A stretch of 64,000 bases of DNA from Epiperipatus broadwayi (taxonomy: Eukaryota > Animalia > Onychophora), in NCBI GenBank assembly GCA_028023455.1, contig JAQFVV010000003.1:31124001-31188000 (forward strand), read 5' to 3'. The position numbers and the translations under genes were made by a program. The notes under the pieces are model-generated. The model ran no database searches, was not told the origin of the DNA, and saw nothing but the letters and a program-made list of their open reading frames with translations. This document shows, in pieces, positions 36,785 through 49,150 of the stretch (position 1 is the stretch's first letter; each line of letters starts with the position of its first letter).

Positions 36785-38640
36785 TATACAGAATCTTATA
36801 ATTAAATATTAGTAAATACAGTAATCAAAAATTTTGAAAAGTACAAAAAATATAATCGTCACTTAGGAATGCTTTCAACTATCCTCCTAGTCTTTGTCAA
36901 CTAATACTTTGAAAGGTTAACCTTCCCATAATTCTGTGATCTTCCCATAATTCTGTGATCTTAATGTTTGCAGCCTGCTGGTTGATTAAGTCCTGCTTGT
37001 ATTTATATATTAGCATAGCTTCCTTAATTTTGATTTTATTGTTATTTCTTTCAATTTGCAATATGTTTACATTATTATAATTGAAATTAAAACCATTTAT
37101 ACATGATTTATTATGGTCGTAAAAAATGGAAGCTGATACCTTTACAATTTTGTTTCATATTTTGAACCCTTTTTAATAAAAGCAAGTGCTCTTTAGTTCT
37201 TTTCTCCAATGAACATCTCACTTCCCATATATATTCACTACCACACCTACATATCCATTTGTAAATGATGCAATTTTTATTTATAAATGAGGTTTTATCT
37301 TTAGAGTTATTTATTAATTTATTTAATGTAGGAGGTGCATAAAATGCAATGTCACATATACCTTTATAAATTTTCCTTATGAAATTTGCTTATTGATTTG
37401 AAATATATGGTATTGATATCCAAATTTTATTATTAGTAGAAGAATCAACTTTATTATTAATTTTTTTATTTTTATATTTGGTATTAAAATTTTAATAGTA
37501 TTATAAATATGATTGTAATTATAGCCAATATTTAACAATTTATTAGAATACATTTCAATATATTTTGTCTTTATTCTATTCGATGAATATTTACAAAAAT
37601 TATCATTTCTAAATAAGAAGAACTTCAAACCTGCCATTTTATGTGACATTGGACATATTAAAAAATTGGAAATACTGAAATGTATTGTTAAATGTTGGCT
37701 ATAATTACATTCATATTTATAATACTATTAAAAATTTTAAAACCAAATATAAAAATAAAAATATTAATAATAAGGTTGATTCTTCTACTAATAAAAAATT
37801 TGGATATCAATATCATATATTTCAAATCAACAAGCAAATTTCATATGGAAAATTTATAAAGGTATATGTGATGTTCCATTTTATGCACCTACTACATTAA
37901 ATAAATTCATAAATAACTCTAAAGATAAAACCTCATTTATAAAGAAAAATTGCATTATCTATGAATGGATATGTAGGTGTGGTAATGGATATATAAGGAA
38001 ATCGAGATGTACATTGGAGAAAAAACTAAAGAGCTCTTGCTTTTATTGAAAAGGGTTCAAAATAAGAAAAAAAATTGTAAAGGTAATAATAACATATCAG
38101 CTTCCATTTTTTACAACCATAATAAATCATGTATATATGGTTTTAATTTCAAATATAATAATGTAAAAATATTGCAAATTGAAAGAAATAATAAAAGGAA
38201 AATAAAGGAAGCTATACTAATATATAAATACAAGCCAGCCTTAATCAATAGGCAGGAAGCAAATGTTAAGATCATGGGATTATGGGAAGATTAACCTTTC
38301 AAAGTATTAGTTGACAAAGACTATGAAAATAGTCAAAAGTGCTCCTAAGTGACAATTATATTTTTTGTACTTTTCAAAATGTTTGATTACTGTATTTACT
38401 AATATTTAATTATAAGATTCCGTATGTGTGTGTATATATATTATAATAGTCACTCAATCTACCCTTAATCATAGAGAGTGCCACCAGATCATTGCATATC
38501 TGGAAAATTTGTTTACCATGATCAAAAGTGAATGGTGATGATGGTTTGCACTGACTAGACTCAGGGAGACAACAAGAGATGAAACACATAGACAAACTTC
38601 AGCAAAAATAATTTAAACTAATTTGAAAATTGTATTAACT
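36785..38640. mobile_element. Penelope-like element remnant with ~750-bp inverted duplication (RT C-terminus, GIY-YIG, pLTR)
   Basis: 36785-37545 is the reverse complement of 37683-38425. The plus arm encodes NCIIYEWICRCGNGYIRK...(frameshift)...YNNVKILQIERNNKRKIKEAILI, a PLE GIY-YIG domain. Confidence 0.8.
38544..38597 (+). ncRNA. Degenerate hammerhead in the PLE pLTR
   Basis: GTTTG CA CTGACTAGA CTC...GAG AT GAAA CACA TA GA CAAAC; ACACAT is consistent with ACGCGT after two CpG transitions. Confidence 0.38.
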
Positions 38641-39561
38641 TCAATAAACAAAATTAAGTAAATCTAGCAAACAGAATATGAAAGTTTGACCTAGATTTTT
38701 ATAAGCATATTCATCAGAGAGTGTATATAAGTTTAGTACATATTACAATGAAATATCTTCGCAGCAAAGTTCATTCTCTCACCTACAATTTAAAAGGGGA
38801 TTAATAACATTTTCCTGCTGACAATTTATAATAAAAAACAATTCTAGTTTCCTAATTCAGAGATATAAAAAAACAATAAGAACTTGTAGGAAATCAATGA
38901 AAAGCACCAGTGAGCATTTTTTGGCCCAGAATAATGTATCGAAACCAAGAACATCATTTTCCGGTAGGACAGCTCATGATGTACCATGTTTAAGGCAATT
39001 CATGGTTGAGAGAAAACTTGAAGAATGAGTATGATCTTACATAATCTAGAGTTGACACAAAATCTCCTACTTCAGAAAAACTAGAATAACAATCACGAAA
39101 CTGCCAGCCAAAAGATTTGTGGTTTGCAAGAAGTGCAAACCTATTAACTTAAATTAATTATTGGATGATAAAATAGGGACAGGTGAGCAAACTAAAATTA
39201 TGAAGGTCTGCCAAAGCATTTAGCAAGAGTTAGTAATAAAACAAGAAGGCATAGTAAGCATATAAAATATAATCTCACAATACACTTCCCAATAAATAAA
39301 ATTGAAAACAAACTTGGAATCTTAAAACTAAGATTCCAAGACACACTATAAATACAAAAAAAAATCAAACACATATAATTATAAAATTAAATAACTAGTA
39401 AAACTTTATGCAACAGATTTAATTTTTTTAGATTGAGTGGAGATTTAACTAAAGAATTATATACCCTGAGAAAGAATAAGAAATATTTTTACCTTATGGT
39501 AAAGCAGAGTCCACAGAGTTTTTCAAAGAATACACACAGTTAGTTTGAGTTCATTTTTCAG

Positions 39562-39675
39562 GTTGTTTTATTCTTTCATGGTGGCAAGGGTAGAGGCATA
39601 TTTTGAGATTCTTTCTATTTCAAACTTTCATGGCATGATGGGAAGAACAGCTTGGAATCAGGAGTCAGTCCTTAG
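39562..39675 (+). other. Candidate 114-nt internal exon (phase 2-2), LFYSFMVARVEAYFEILSISNFHGMMGRTAWNQESVL
   Basis: Strong acceptor TCATTTTTCAG|G and donor CTTAG|GTAAGT; only one of three frames is open; length divisible by 3. No homology recognised. Confidence 0.35.
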
Positions 39676-42089
39676 GTAAGTTAGCAAGGCATGTTGTAGG
39701 GTAGAAAACACATAGCAGTGAATTTAGACATCTTATGAAAGCAAACTCTAAGAAAAAATACGTCCAGACTGCCAACAGTATGAATGTCAGCAGGCTAATA
39801 TCTGTGCATGATAATCAATAGCAGAATTATAAGAAGCTAATCAATCAATTTCAAGCAGCATTAGCTTGCTCAAGCCAAGAATATTTGTTTCAAATTTTTG
39901 GGGTTATTTATATCCTCTCTTTATCTCCCATATAAACTTTCTTGTTTTTCAATTATAAGCCTTAGCCCAGGGCAAATCTTTATCTCCCACTCAACCTTAC
40001 TTAAGAATTCTAACCAGGGATTATCTTACAGAAAAAAAAACAACACAAAATTAAATCTCCACTTTTAAAATTAAACTAAAAATGGATTATAATTAAAAAA
40101 AAAACAGGAATGCAATTAACTTTCCAAAATTAAAAGCTTTCTTAAAAAAAAAAAACAAAGATTAAAACTTTTAACTTGGAATGTTTTTACAATTTGATTA
40201 AAAAAAAATAGTGTCAGAAGAGACTTATTTTAAACTAACAACTAAAATTTGTTGAAGACAAAATTTAAAACCACTGTATTTTAAAATATAGCTGCATATG
40301 TGCACTATATCCTATAAACTTTTATATAACTTCATAAAAATTGCGAAGGGACCTTTGAGCAGAGAAAATCTCTGGTTCAATATATATATACATGTGTGAG
40401 AGTTTACATCACAGTGATAAAATAAAAAATCTTAAAATATGAAGAAAGAAAGGAAAAAATCCAAAATTTAACAAATTTTTATAAATGAACTAATAGTACA
40501 AACATATAAATTTGCTATTTGCATGAGGAATATAACATTAATTTTAAAAATTAATTAAAATTCTTATATTATCACTATAAAAATATGCCCATTTTTAAAT
40601 ATTACAATCAATAATTAACTAAAATATTTGTAAAGTTTAATTAGTTTCCAGATACATTTTAAAATTTATAGCAATATTCTAATTAAAAACAGAAATATAA
40701 GTAATCTGTAACAAATTATATATATAGGGTCACATTTCAAACTTAAAAATTGTGTATGTGTATATATATATATATGTAATTAAAATAAAATGTTTATTAC
40801 AAAATAATTATTGTAAAAACGTTTTAAAAGAAATAATGAATTATAATGGTGATAATATTAATATCTATAATAAATCACAGAAGTATTTTCAGTTAATTTC
40901 TCAACCTTATTTAACTGAAAAATATTTAAATTCAAATTTAATAGAAGTAAATATCATCATGTCATAATATAAGATTTATAAATTTTAACATTAGCACATT
41001 TTCTGTTAATTAAAGATATTCTACTTCTAATTATCAAAATTATCTCCTTAATTTTTGTTTTATTAAGGTTTCTTTTTTCATGAAGAATCTTAATATTTTC
41101 CAGATTGAATTTGTTGCAAAAGGAGTTTACATAGAGAGCATAGACTTACAATCATTTAGTTATCTATTTGATTAGTCAGTCAATTAAGCAAGTCAATCAT
41201 TTGAAAAGTAGGAAAATAGGTTAAAATTGAACAGTTAAACAATACATTGTACAATACTGTAAGAATAGAGTATAGCCAGCATGAAATAGCAGAATGAAAT
41301 AATAGAATCAATTTAGTATCTGTCAATCAAAGTTTATAAATAATGAATAGCAAAAAATTCCCTTTTGAATTAACTTTAAATTTATATCTACTATTCTAAC
41401 AGCAATTTCACATATGAATTGATATCTAAAATCAGAAAATTTTATTAAGATTTTTATGAAGGGTCATCAAAAAAATTATATATTAATACACTTTTCTATC
41501 AACTAGAATAACAACAGTTTTTATATATGACTATAAAATGTTTTATTCAGATTTAAATGACAGTTATAAAAAAATTCACTTCCAGAACTATAAACCTAAT
41601 AATATATAGAATATGTTACAATTAATCCAAAAGTATGCATTCTCTTTGGTATACCTAGCAATCAAGATTAAATTATATCAAGGAAAAGAAAAATAAATAA
41701 AAAATAATGTAAGTGCTTTTATAACTGAAATGAGATTGCGAATTAATGAAATGTTTTTACATTTTATATTTCATTTTAAATAATCAAATATACAAAATTA
41801 ATAATTTATATTTTATTCAAAACTCCACTGAAATATGCAATTTAATTTTGTCAATGTTTATTTTAATGTATTTAAAAATATTTTGTCAGGTACTATTTAT
41901 ATAATTATATGATAATTGGAATATAAATGTTGTGTCCAAAATATAGTTACAATTGGAAATGTGTACACTTCATTCATTTGAACTTTTTAATAATACAAAA
42001 GAGGAATTAAAAAGCATCTGCATATGTCTGTAAGGAAGCATCTACAATAAGTGTATTTTTTTATTTAGACAATTTACAGTTTTATTAAA

Positions 42090-42760
42090 TAAATTGCTCC
42101 CCAAAAAAGAAAAGAAGCAAATACTTCTACTAGAATATGCATTTTCTATATAAAAGAAATCACAGATAAAATTGGAAGGGTACTAAGACATTACGATTTA
42201 AAAACCATATTCTCTATTAAGCAAAAGATTAATTACATTCTGATTAAATCTAAAAAAAGTAATACTTCTATAATCTCAAGGAGTCTATGAAATCCCATGT
42301 GGCCTGCACCCAATTACATACATAGGTAGAAACAATGTATATGTGCGAGAAGAGATGAGTACGATTAATATAGTAACAAAATTTTCAACATCTTCAGGAC
42401 TTTCTCTCCATGTTTTGGATATTGGCCATCACATAGATTTCTCAAATACTAAAATCATATCCACATGCAATAATGGTGACCAAAGAATATTTAGAGAAGC
42501 TATAGAAATATTTACAAAAACAAATTGAATTAATAAATATGAAAAAACAATAACATTTCTAATTATTTGAAAGAGTTTCTTAATGCAAATGAATATAAAA
42601 AATATTGCCAAATATAAATCAAACTATTTATCAATCATGTGATACACTTCTGTCTACTGCTATCATGTAATTATTACTATATTTTTTTTTACCGAATTTT
42701 AGATAAGTGTTATCTTATTGAAACGTTGTTGGTATATTTATTTTAGTTTTATTTTATTAA
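42090..42760 (+). mobile_element. Penelope-like element 3' remnant (GIY-YIG + pLTR)
   Basis: QGVYEIPCG...ITYIGRNN...SGLSLHVLDIGHHIDFSNTKII...RIFREAIEI is a clear PLE GIY-YIG domain with upstream stops. Confidence 0.82.
42691..42733 (+). ncRNA. Degenerate hammerhead in the PLE pLTR
   Basis: ACCGAA TTTTAGA TAAG-TGTTAT-CTTA TT GAAA CG TT GTTGGT: stem I, stem II and palindromic AACGTT present; CUGA core mutated. Confidence 0.42.
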
Positions 42761-45435
42761 ACACGGTTTTTCTGAAAACATGTTTCATAATATATATATG
42801 AGAATATGAATAAATTGATAATAGCTTGATTAATAATTTAATAATCCATTTATTAGTCAAAAAAATCAAAAAAATCAACGCAGCTGCATCATATATATAT
42901 ATGAGGGTGATGGGGGGAGGGGGTGGATGAGTATAAATTAGAAGTTTGTATATACATTTTCCAGACACAATTTTGTGCCTTGTAAAAAATCCATGGAATT
43001 ATTATTAAATAAATTATGGATTTTAACATGTAAATGTAAAAGAAAAAAAAAGTGAACATATAATTCTCTTATATAATTACAAATAATATGCGTTTTTCAA
43101 GTAAACCTCTTTGATTAAAATAATGAAATTTGTATACTATGCATGAACATTGATAGATATTTTACACAAATATTAACTCATGAATCTGTTTCCTAGCACT
43201 TTAAAATCCTATCTTAATTTAAAATATGATTTACTTTCCTAATATAGTCTTCTATAAATCTACATGTTGTTAATCCATCAGTAAGGTTGTAGTTGTTTTC
43301 ATTCATTGATTGTTATTTTTCATTCTTAATTATAGTAATAAGCAATACAATAGTAAGAAACTCAATTCTGGCAGTAGCTAAGATATTCCTTTGTTCAATA
43401 GGCAACAGATTATAAGTTAAATTTACTTTATAGATCTTGGCATTTTATCCACTTCTTTCTAGGCACTACATGGTTGGAAAGAACAATGGGTAAATATTTA
43501 TGTAATGATTCATAGCCAAATATCTTGAAAAACCCTAGGTAAATTATCATCATAACAAATGGATATATAAGAACACTTCATGTCCACACTAATAACTTTC
43601 TTTTTTTTTTTTGTTTCTTGATTTAATGATAAAGATTTTCCATATTGACATACTGTTAAAATTTATTGATGAAAAGTTATTGATCTCCTACTAGGACAAA
43701 CTCACATTCTACCAAAAATATATAAATGGAATCTGGAATACTAGATGATTCAGTACTTTGAATGGATTAAATACAATAAATAAAAAATATCTTGATATAA
43801 ACTACTTTTCATAGGTCTATTATACTGTGACCTTCTAGGTTATTAAAAACATGTTCTATTAAATTCAGAAGTTAAACCACTTATTTATAGAGTGGTGTTT
43901 ATTTGAAAACAACTAATATTTCATCTAGGTTGCTTAAATTTTTAGTTAACTTGTTAATTTCAAGAACAATAGGTTGTTTTAAAAACTTTATGTGACATAG
44001 AAACATAATTTTGGATTGTTTTTTTTTTCTCAACCTATGTTTTAACAAAAATTAATTGCATATAATAATTTATTTCTAAATTATTATATTTGTAATTATT
44101 TAATTACTCCTAAACTTACATGTTTTTAAATGACATTGAATGATCAAACTTACTAATATAAAATATGTTATGTGTAGTTATGAAGGGTTGAAATTTTAGC
44201 TCAATAGTCTTTGCAAAGCTTGAAACGTTTCCATGAATATTTATATATTAAATTTGTTTCATTTACAGACATAAATAATCATGAATAAACATTTATAGTA
44301 TTTCCTTTTTGTTTTTGTTAAGAAATCAAAGTACTGTAGTTAATAAAATAAGTGAGTTAAGGAAACTATTCATCGCTATCTATAAACAGTATTTATTCCT
44401 AACACACACATAAACATGTTATAAATTGATATTTATTTATTTTGCTTAATTAAACTTTGATAATTGTGATTCCACAATATCGACACCTCTATTGTTTCTT
44501 TCTTTTTTTTACTTAAACCTACCCCATTCTTATATTATTGTAGTTTTATTTTTTTTGAATTTTTTATAGAGAATGATTCAGTTCACGATTTTCACAATAT
44601 ATAAACAGAAATATATGGAGTACAAATTTTTGTGATGCCATGCCTATGATCTGTCCTTGAATCCAAGATTTTTTTTCCTAGTTTTTATCAAGCTTAGATT
44701 TTTTTCTGATAGCTGACCAATAGGCAATCCAGATATCCATCTAATATTGATTAGGAAATAATTATCTATTTATACTTTACTAAAGCATAAAGCATGCATA
44801 GAAAACTATTCAAGTCTTCATCATTCAAAAATGGTAAGGTTTGTGAATAATACCTTTTTTTTTTCAATTCTTTCTTTCAGAGATTCTGCTATAGTAAGAC
44901 CTTTAAGCTTTTTAAAACTCTATTTATACATTATATACATATAAAGAAAATTATTTACCAAAGCATAAACATAAGACAATTGGTATCAAAGTTCAACATC
45001 AACAGAACACAGGAAGCTTCTTTTCATCTGTTTCTTAAGTTATTAAATAAACACATGTATGATAATAAGTATAAAAATTAAATCAGTGAAATGTTGTTAC
45101 AGCTCAACTATAATCAGCTTAAATTAAAACTTTCAAGGCGTCATTACTGTTTGATTTTTAATAAAATTCAATTCAAACTTTGTGTCATCTAATATCAAAA
45201 TTCAATACGAATATAAAAAAAGGAATCATTATTTATGTCACATAAAGTTTTAAATAAACACACTTATATATGGATTATATTAAATGTTAGAACTGAAACA
45301 CACAGGCTTATTATATACCTGTGTTTATTATATGTAGGGTATATGAGCACAGACTTTCACATGAACCACCACTCTCCACACTATCTCATAACACTGATAC
45401 ACTTGAACATACATATGTTGAAAAGATAAATAATC

Positions 45436-45479
45436 ACCAATATACGTATTTCATGCTAAACCAGAAATCATCAGTTGGT
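45436..45479 (-). ncRNA. Type I hammerhead (F7, left arm)
   Basis: Minus strand ACCAA CTGATGA T TTCT-GGTTT-AGCA T GAAA TACGTA TA TTGGT: intact palindromic helix III ATACGTAT; one stem II mismatch. Confidence 0.72.
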
Positions 45480-45915
45480 CCAGATTACCATCTCCACACA
45501 TATATGCTACAAGTGCTCAGATATATATTAAGATAGCCAATCCTCATACTTTAATGGACAGGCTTCAATCCACTACACACTCCAACTCTTCAACCATCCA
45601 TCCAATTGAAAATCTGATGATGGAATGCTCAAAGTTATTACATAGTAGAGATGTCTGCCCATCCCTTGTATATGTATTGAATGGACTATGTCCTGTACAT
45701 GAGGGGTCAAATTGACCTTAGATCAACATGGGTGTGACAAGAATCTCGGCCTCAGGGTGGCCTTTGAGCATTCCATCATCAGATTTTCAATTGGATGGAT
45801 GGTTGAAGAGTTGGAGTGTGTACTGGATTGAAGCCTGTCCATTAAAGTATGAGGATTGGCTATCTTAATATATATCTGAGCACCTGTAGCATATATGTGT
45901 GGAGATGGTAATCTG

Positions 45916-45961
45916 GACCAACTGATGATTGCTGGTTTAGCATGAAATACATATATTGGTC
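45916..45961 (+). ncRNA. Type I hammerhead (F7, right arm)
   Basis: GACCAA CTGATGA T TGCT-GGTTT-AGCA T GAAA TACATA TA TTGGTC: 6-bp stem I, intact stem II and cores; CpG transition in helix III. Confidence 0.75.
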
Positions 45962-46819
45962 ATTATTTATCTTTTCAACATATGTGTATTCAAGTGTATC
46001 AGTGTTATGAGATAGTGTGGAGAGTGGTGGTTTGTGTGAAAATCTGTGCTCATATACCCTATATATTAAATGTTAGAATAATAAGTAATTTTTTTTTATA
46101 TAGTTGTCTAATTTAGTGAGATGCATATTTGGATTTTTTTATATAAAATGGATTATATGCTATATTTACAAGGTAGTGAAAATGAATAATTATTTACTAT
46201 GCTTTGAATGTTTAAATTTATGCTGATTTTAATGGAGCTGCAATTGTATTTCAAATGATTTAAAATTAACATGGGTTGTTGTTATTGTTTATATATATGT
46301 CTATTAATGATGTGGCAACTGATGAAAAGTAAGATCGTTTTTTCATCTGTTTGGATTGAATTTTGACACCAGGTGATATAATATTTGTGCTGGCTGATTG
46401 TTAGATTCCTAAACAAATTTCTTTATACAGTATTTCAGTTTAACAATATGAATGTTTGGATTTAGCATAGTTTTTTAGGTTTATCCATAACCTTATATGT
46501 TATCTTTTTTATAGCAACAATATTTTGTTAATCTCATTTGCTAGTGATATTCTACTAAAACATCAATGCTACAATAATAATAATAACAATCAATCACGTA
46601 CATAAAAAATAGGTAAACAATGTTTATATCTTTCATATTAAAAAATCTTTATTTTATACACATATATGTATAAATCACATCGTTATAGATCTTATATTTA
46701 AATAGTTCAATAAAATGCTGACTTTCTATTGATTTGTTTATGCATGAGAGCTACAGCGAAGTGATTAAGTATAATAATTAGCTGTCAACATTTATAGTTT
46801 AATCTATATATAAAATTAA

Positions 46820-49150
46820 CTCTCTGACTCATGTAAGTAATAAAACTCATGTATGTCAATGCATTAACTAGAATAATTATCTTTTTTAAATATTAATAGT
46901 TGAACACCATTTTGGTACAATACATGAGACTCATGGCAAACAAACCATTTAAAAAAACATTATTTAACAATCAAAATTTCAGAACATGCTCAGTTGTACA
47001 CTACTAATGTTTGATTTATAATTTTATTAGTATAAGTATTCTATCAAGTATCCTTCATATTTCTTTTTCATCATTTGATTCACTACATTCAATGTTAATT
47101 TTCTGAAGGCAGCAATTATTTCCAGAATTTTTTTCAGAATCAAAGAAAACATTGAGAATTATATTTCATTTTCTTGTACTGTCAAATATCTCACCTCAAA
47201 GGCATAACTAGATTTAGTTTCACTGTAATTAATTATTGAACAATTAGGTCCCTCACATAGAACAGAATACACAATTTGATGCTTAATATTCTGATTTATT
47301 TTATATTTAGTATTATTTATCAATCAATTTTAAAACAGAGAAGATTTGAGTCCAATATTAAAACCCATAGAAATTTTTTTTTTAATTTTGAGTATAAATT
47401 AAAACATATGGTAATTAAATCCATGCCTTATTAAATTTAGTCACATCAAGCTTTAATTTGGCTTTTTTATAAAATAATTTTAAATGTCTTTATAATAAAC
47501 TTTATTATAACCACGTTGAACATAATTCAGCCATCATAATATAATATAACCATCATAATAGTATATCAACTGATATTTTTGATATAATTATCAATATTAA
47601 GCTGTCTGTCCATCTCAATATTATTTAAATAAAAATTATATTATAAAAACATTTAAACCCTGAAAGCCTATATTTTAAAGGGGTGGATGATAAAGGATGT
47701 ATAAATCTTCTTACATTTAAAGGCATTACAATTATTTTGTAATTGAATTAAATTTCTTTTTGATAAAGATACATTTAAACATATTTTTTATTAATGTTTT
47801 TGCACTCTTATCTTCTATATATACCATTACAATTTTTGTCTAATATTGGCTGTAAATACAATCCCAATTCTCTGACATCATCAAACTTTAAACTATACTA
47901 GTTACTGCAAACCCATTGGCAAAACTTTTTCTTTCAAAATAATTTGAATAACCTATCTGATCAATCATTTCAATATGGCAGACTATTCAAATGAATTCTT
48001 TCAAATGAAAAAAAAATGGCCAGTGAGTTTGGTAGTGAGTGTTGTTGTCTGAAATTTAATGATGTCGGAGACTGAGAAATGTATTATACAGCCAATGTTG
48101 GACAAAAATTGTAATGTTATATACAGAAAATATGTTGAAATGAAGTCTAAGAACATTAATAGAAAATATGTTTAAGTGTTTAAATGAGAATTCACATTTA
48201 TAGTGGATGATTGAATATGAAAATGATTAGTGCTTAAAATATTTAGATTTATGTGTTCACAGAAATTTTAATGAATTTGATTACACAAGTATTGTAAATC
48301 CTTTAAATGAAACAAGATTTATAAGACTTTTATCATGAATTCCTTTAAAATATAATCTCTCAGAACTTCAATGTTTTTATTCTGTAATTTTTATTTGTGT
48401 AAATTTGAGATGAATAAGAAGTTGAATATTGATATCAAGTTATCAGGTAATATGATGTTTGTGATGGTTGAACAATATTGAATGTGAATGTAATGAGAAT
48501 TTATTATACAGACATTTAAAATTATTTTATAAAAAATGTCAAATTAAAACTTGATGAGATTAAAATTAATAAGACATGGATTTTTTCCATTATGTTTTTA
48601 ATTTTTATTCAAAATTTAAAAAGAGATTATTTCTATGGATTTTGATATTGGATTCAGGCCTCCTTTGTCTTTAAGCAGATTAATAAGTAATACTAAGAAT
48701 AGAATAAATCAGGCAGATACACATCAATTAGTGTATTCATTGCATGTCAGGGACATGATTATATCATAATTTAATATGGTAAAACTAAGGTTACAATTAA
48801 GGCAACACATTTGTCAGTATAAAAGATCACAGTTTAATTCTCAACATAATGCAGTTTTCTTTAATCATGAAAAAAAAATTAAACATTCTCAGAAAATTAA
48901 TATTGTATGTTGTAAATTAAATGAGAGGAAAAGTTAAGGAAGTTTGATGCATTGCCAAAGATTTAGTATAGTACAATTGAGCATGCTCAGGAATTTTGAT
49001 CATGAAATAATGCTTTTTTTTTTAAAAAAAATAGATGTTTTCCATGAATCTGTATATTGAAACTGAAAGTGCACTTGGTTATTAATATTTTAAAAAGATA
49101 ATTATTCTGATTAACACAATAGCAAACATGAGTTTTATTAGTTAGAGAAT
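46820..49150. mobile_element. Old fold-back Penelope-like remnant with ~1.1-kb diverged inverted arms
   Basis: ~46820-47930 matches the reverse complement of ~48010-49150 in blocks (e.g. 47822-47890 vs 48046-48122). The plus arm gives PVSLVVSVVV*NLMMSETEKCII...IYRKYVE (PLE RT, RYVDD region) and YGKTKVTIKATH (GIY-YIG-like). Confidence 0.6.

Larger units (their letters stand above)
45293..46061. mobile_element. Fold-back insertion of hammerhead/tRNA-like family F7 with a perfect 17-bp TSD
   Basis: Arms 45293-45634 and 45762-46061; TATATTAAATGTTAGAA at 45276-45292 and 46062-46078; homologous to 53620-54240. Confidence 0.9.

Noticed and set aside
38007-38294. Stand-alone GIY-YIG endonuclease gene
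   Set aside because: It is the frameshifted C-terminal part of a Penelope-like element inside an inverted duplication.
39491-39553. Minus-strand ATG...GCTTTACCATAAG|GTAAAA resembling the 14.9-kb signal exon
   Set aside because: The ATG frame stops at codon 5 and similarity is limited to about 9 nt.
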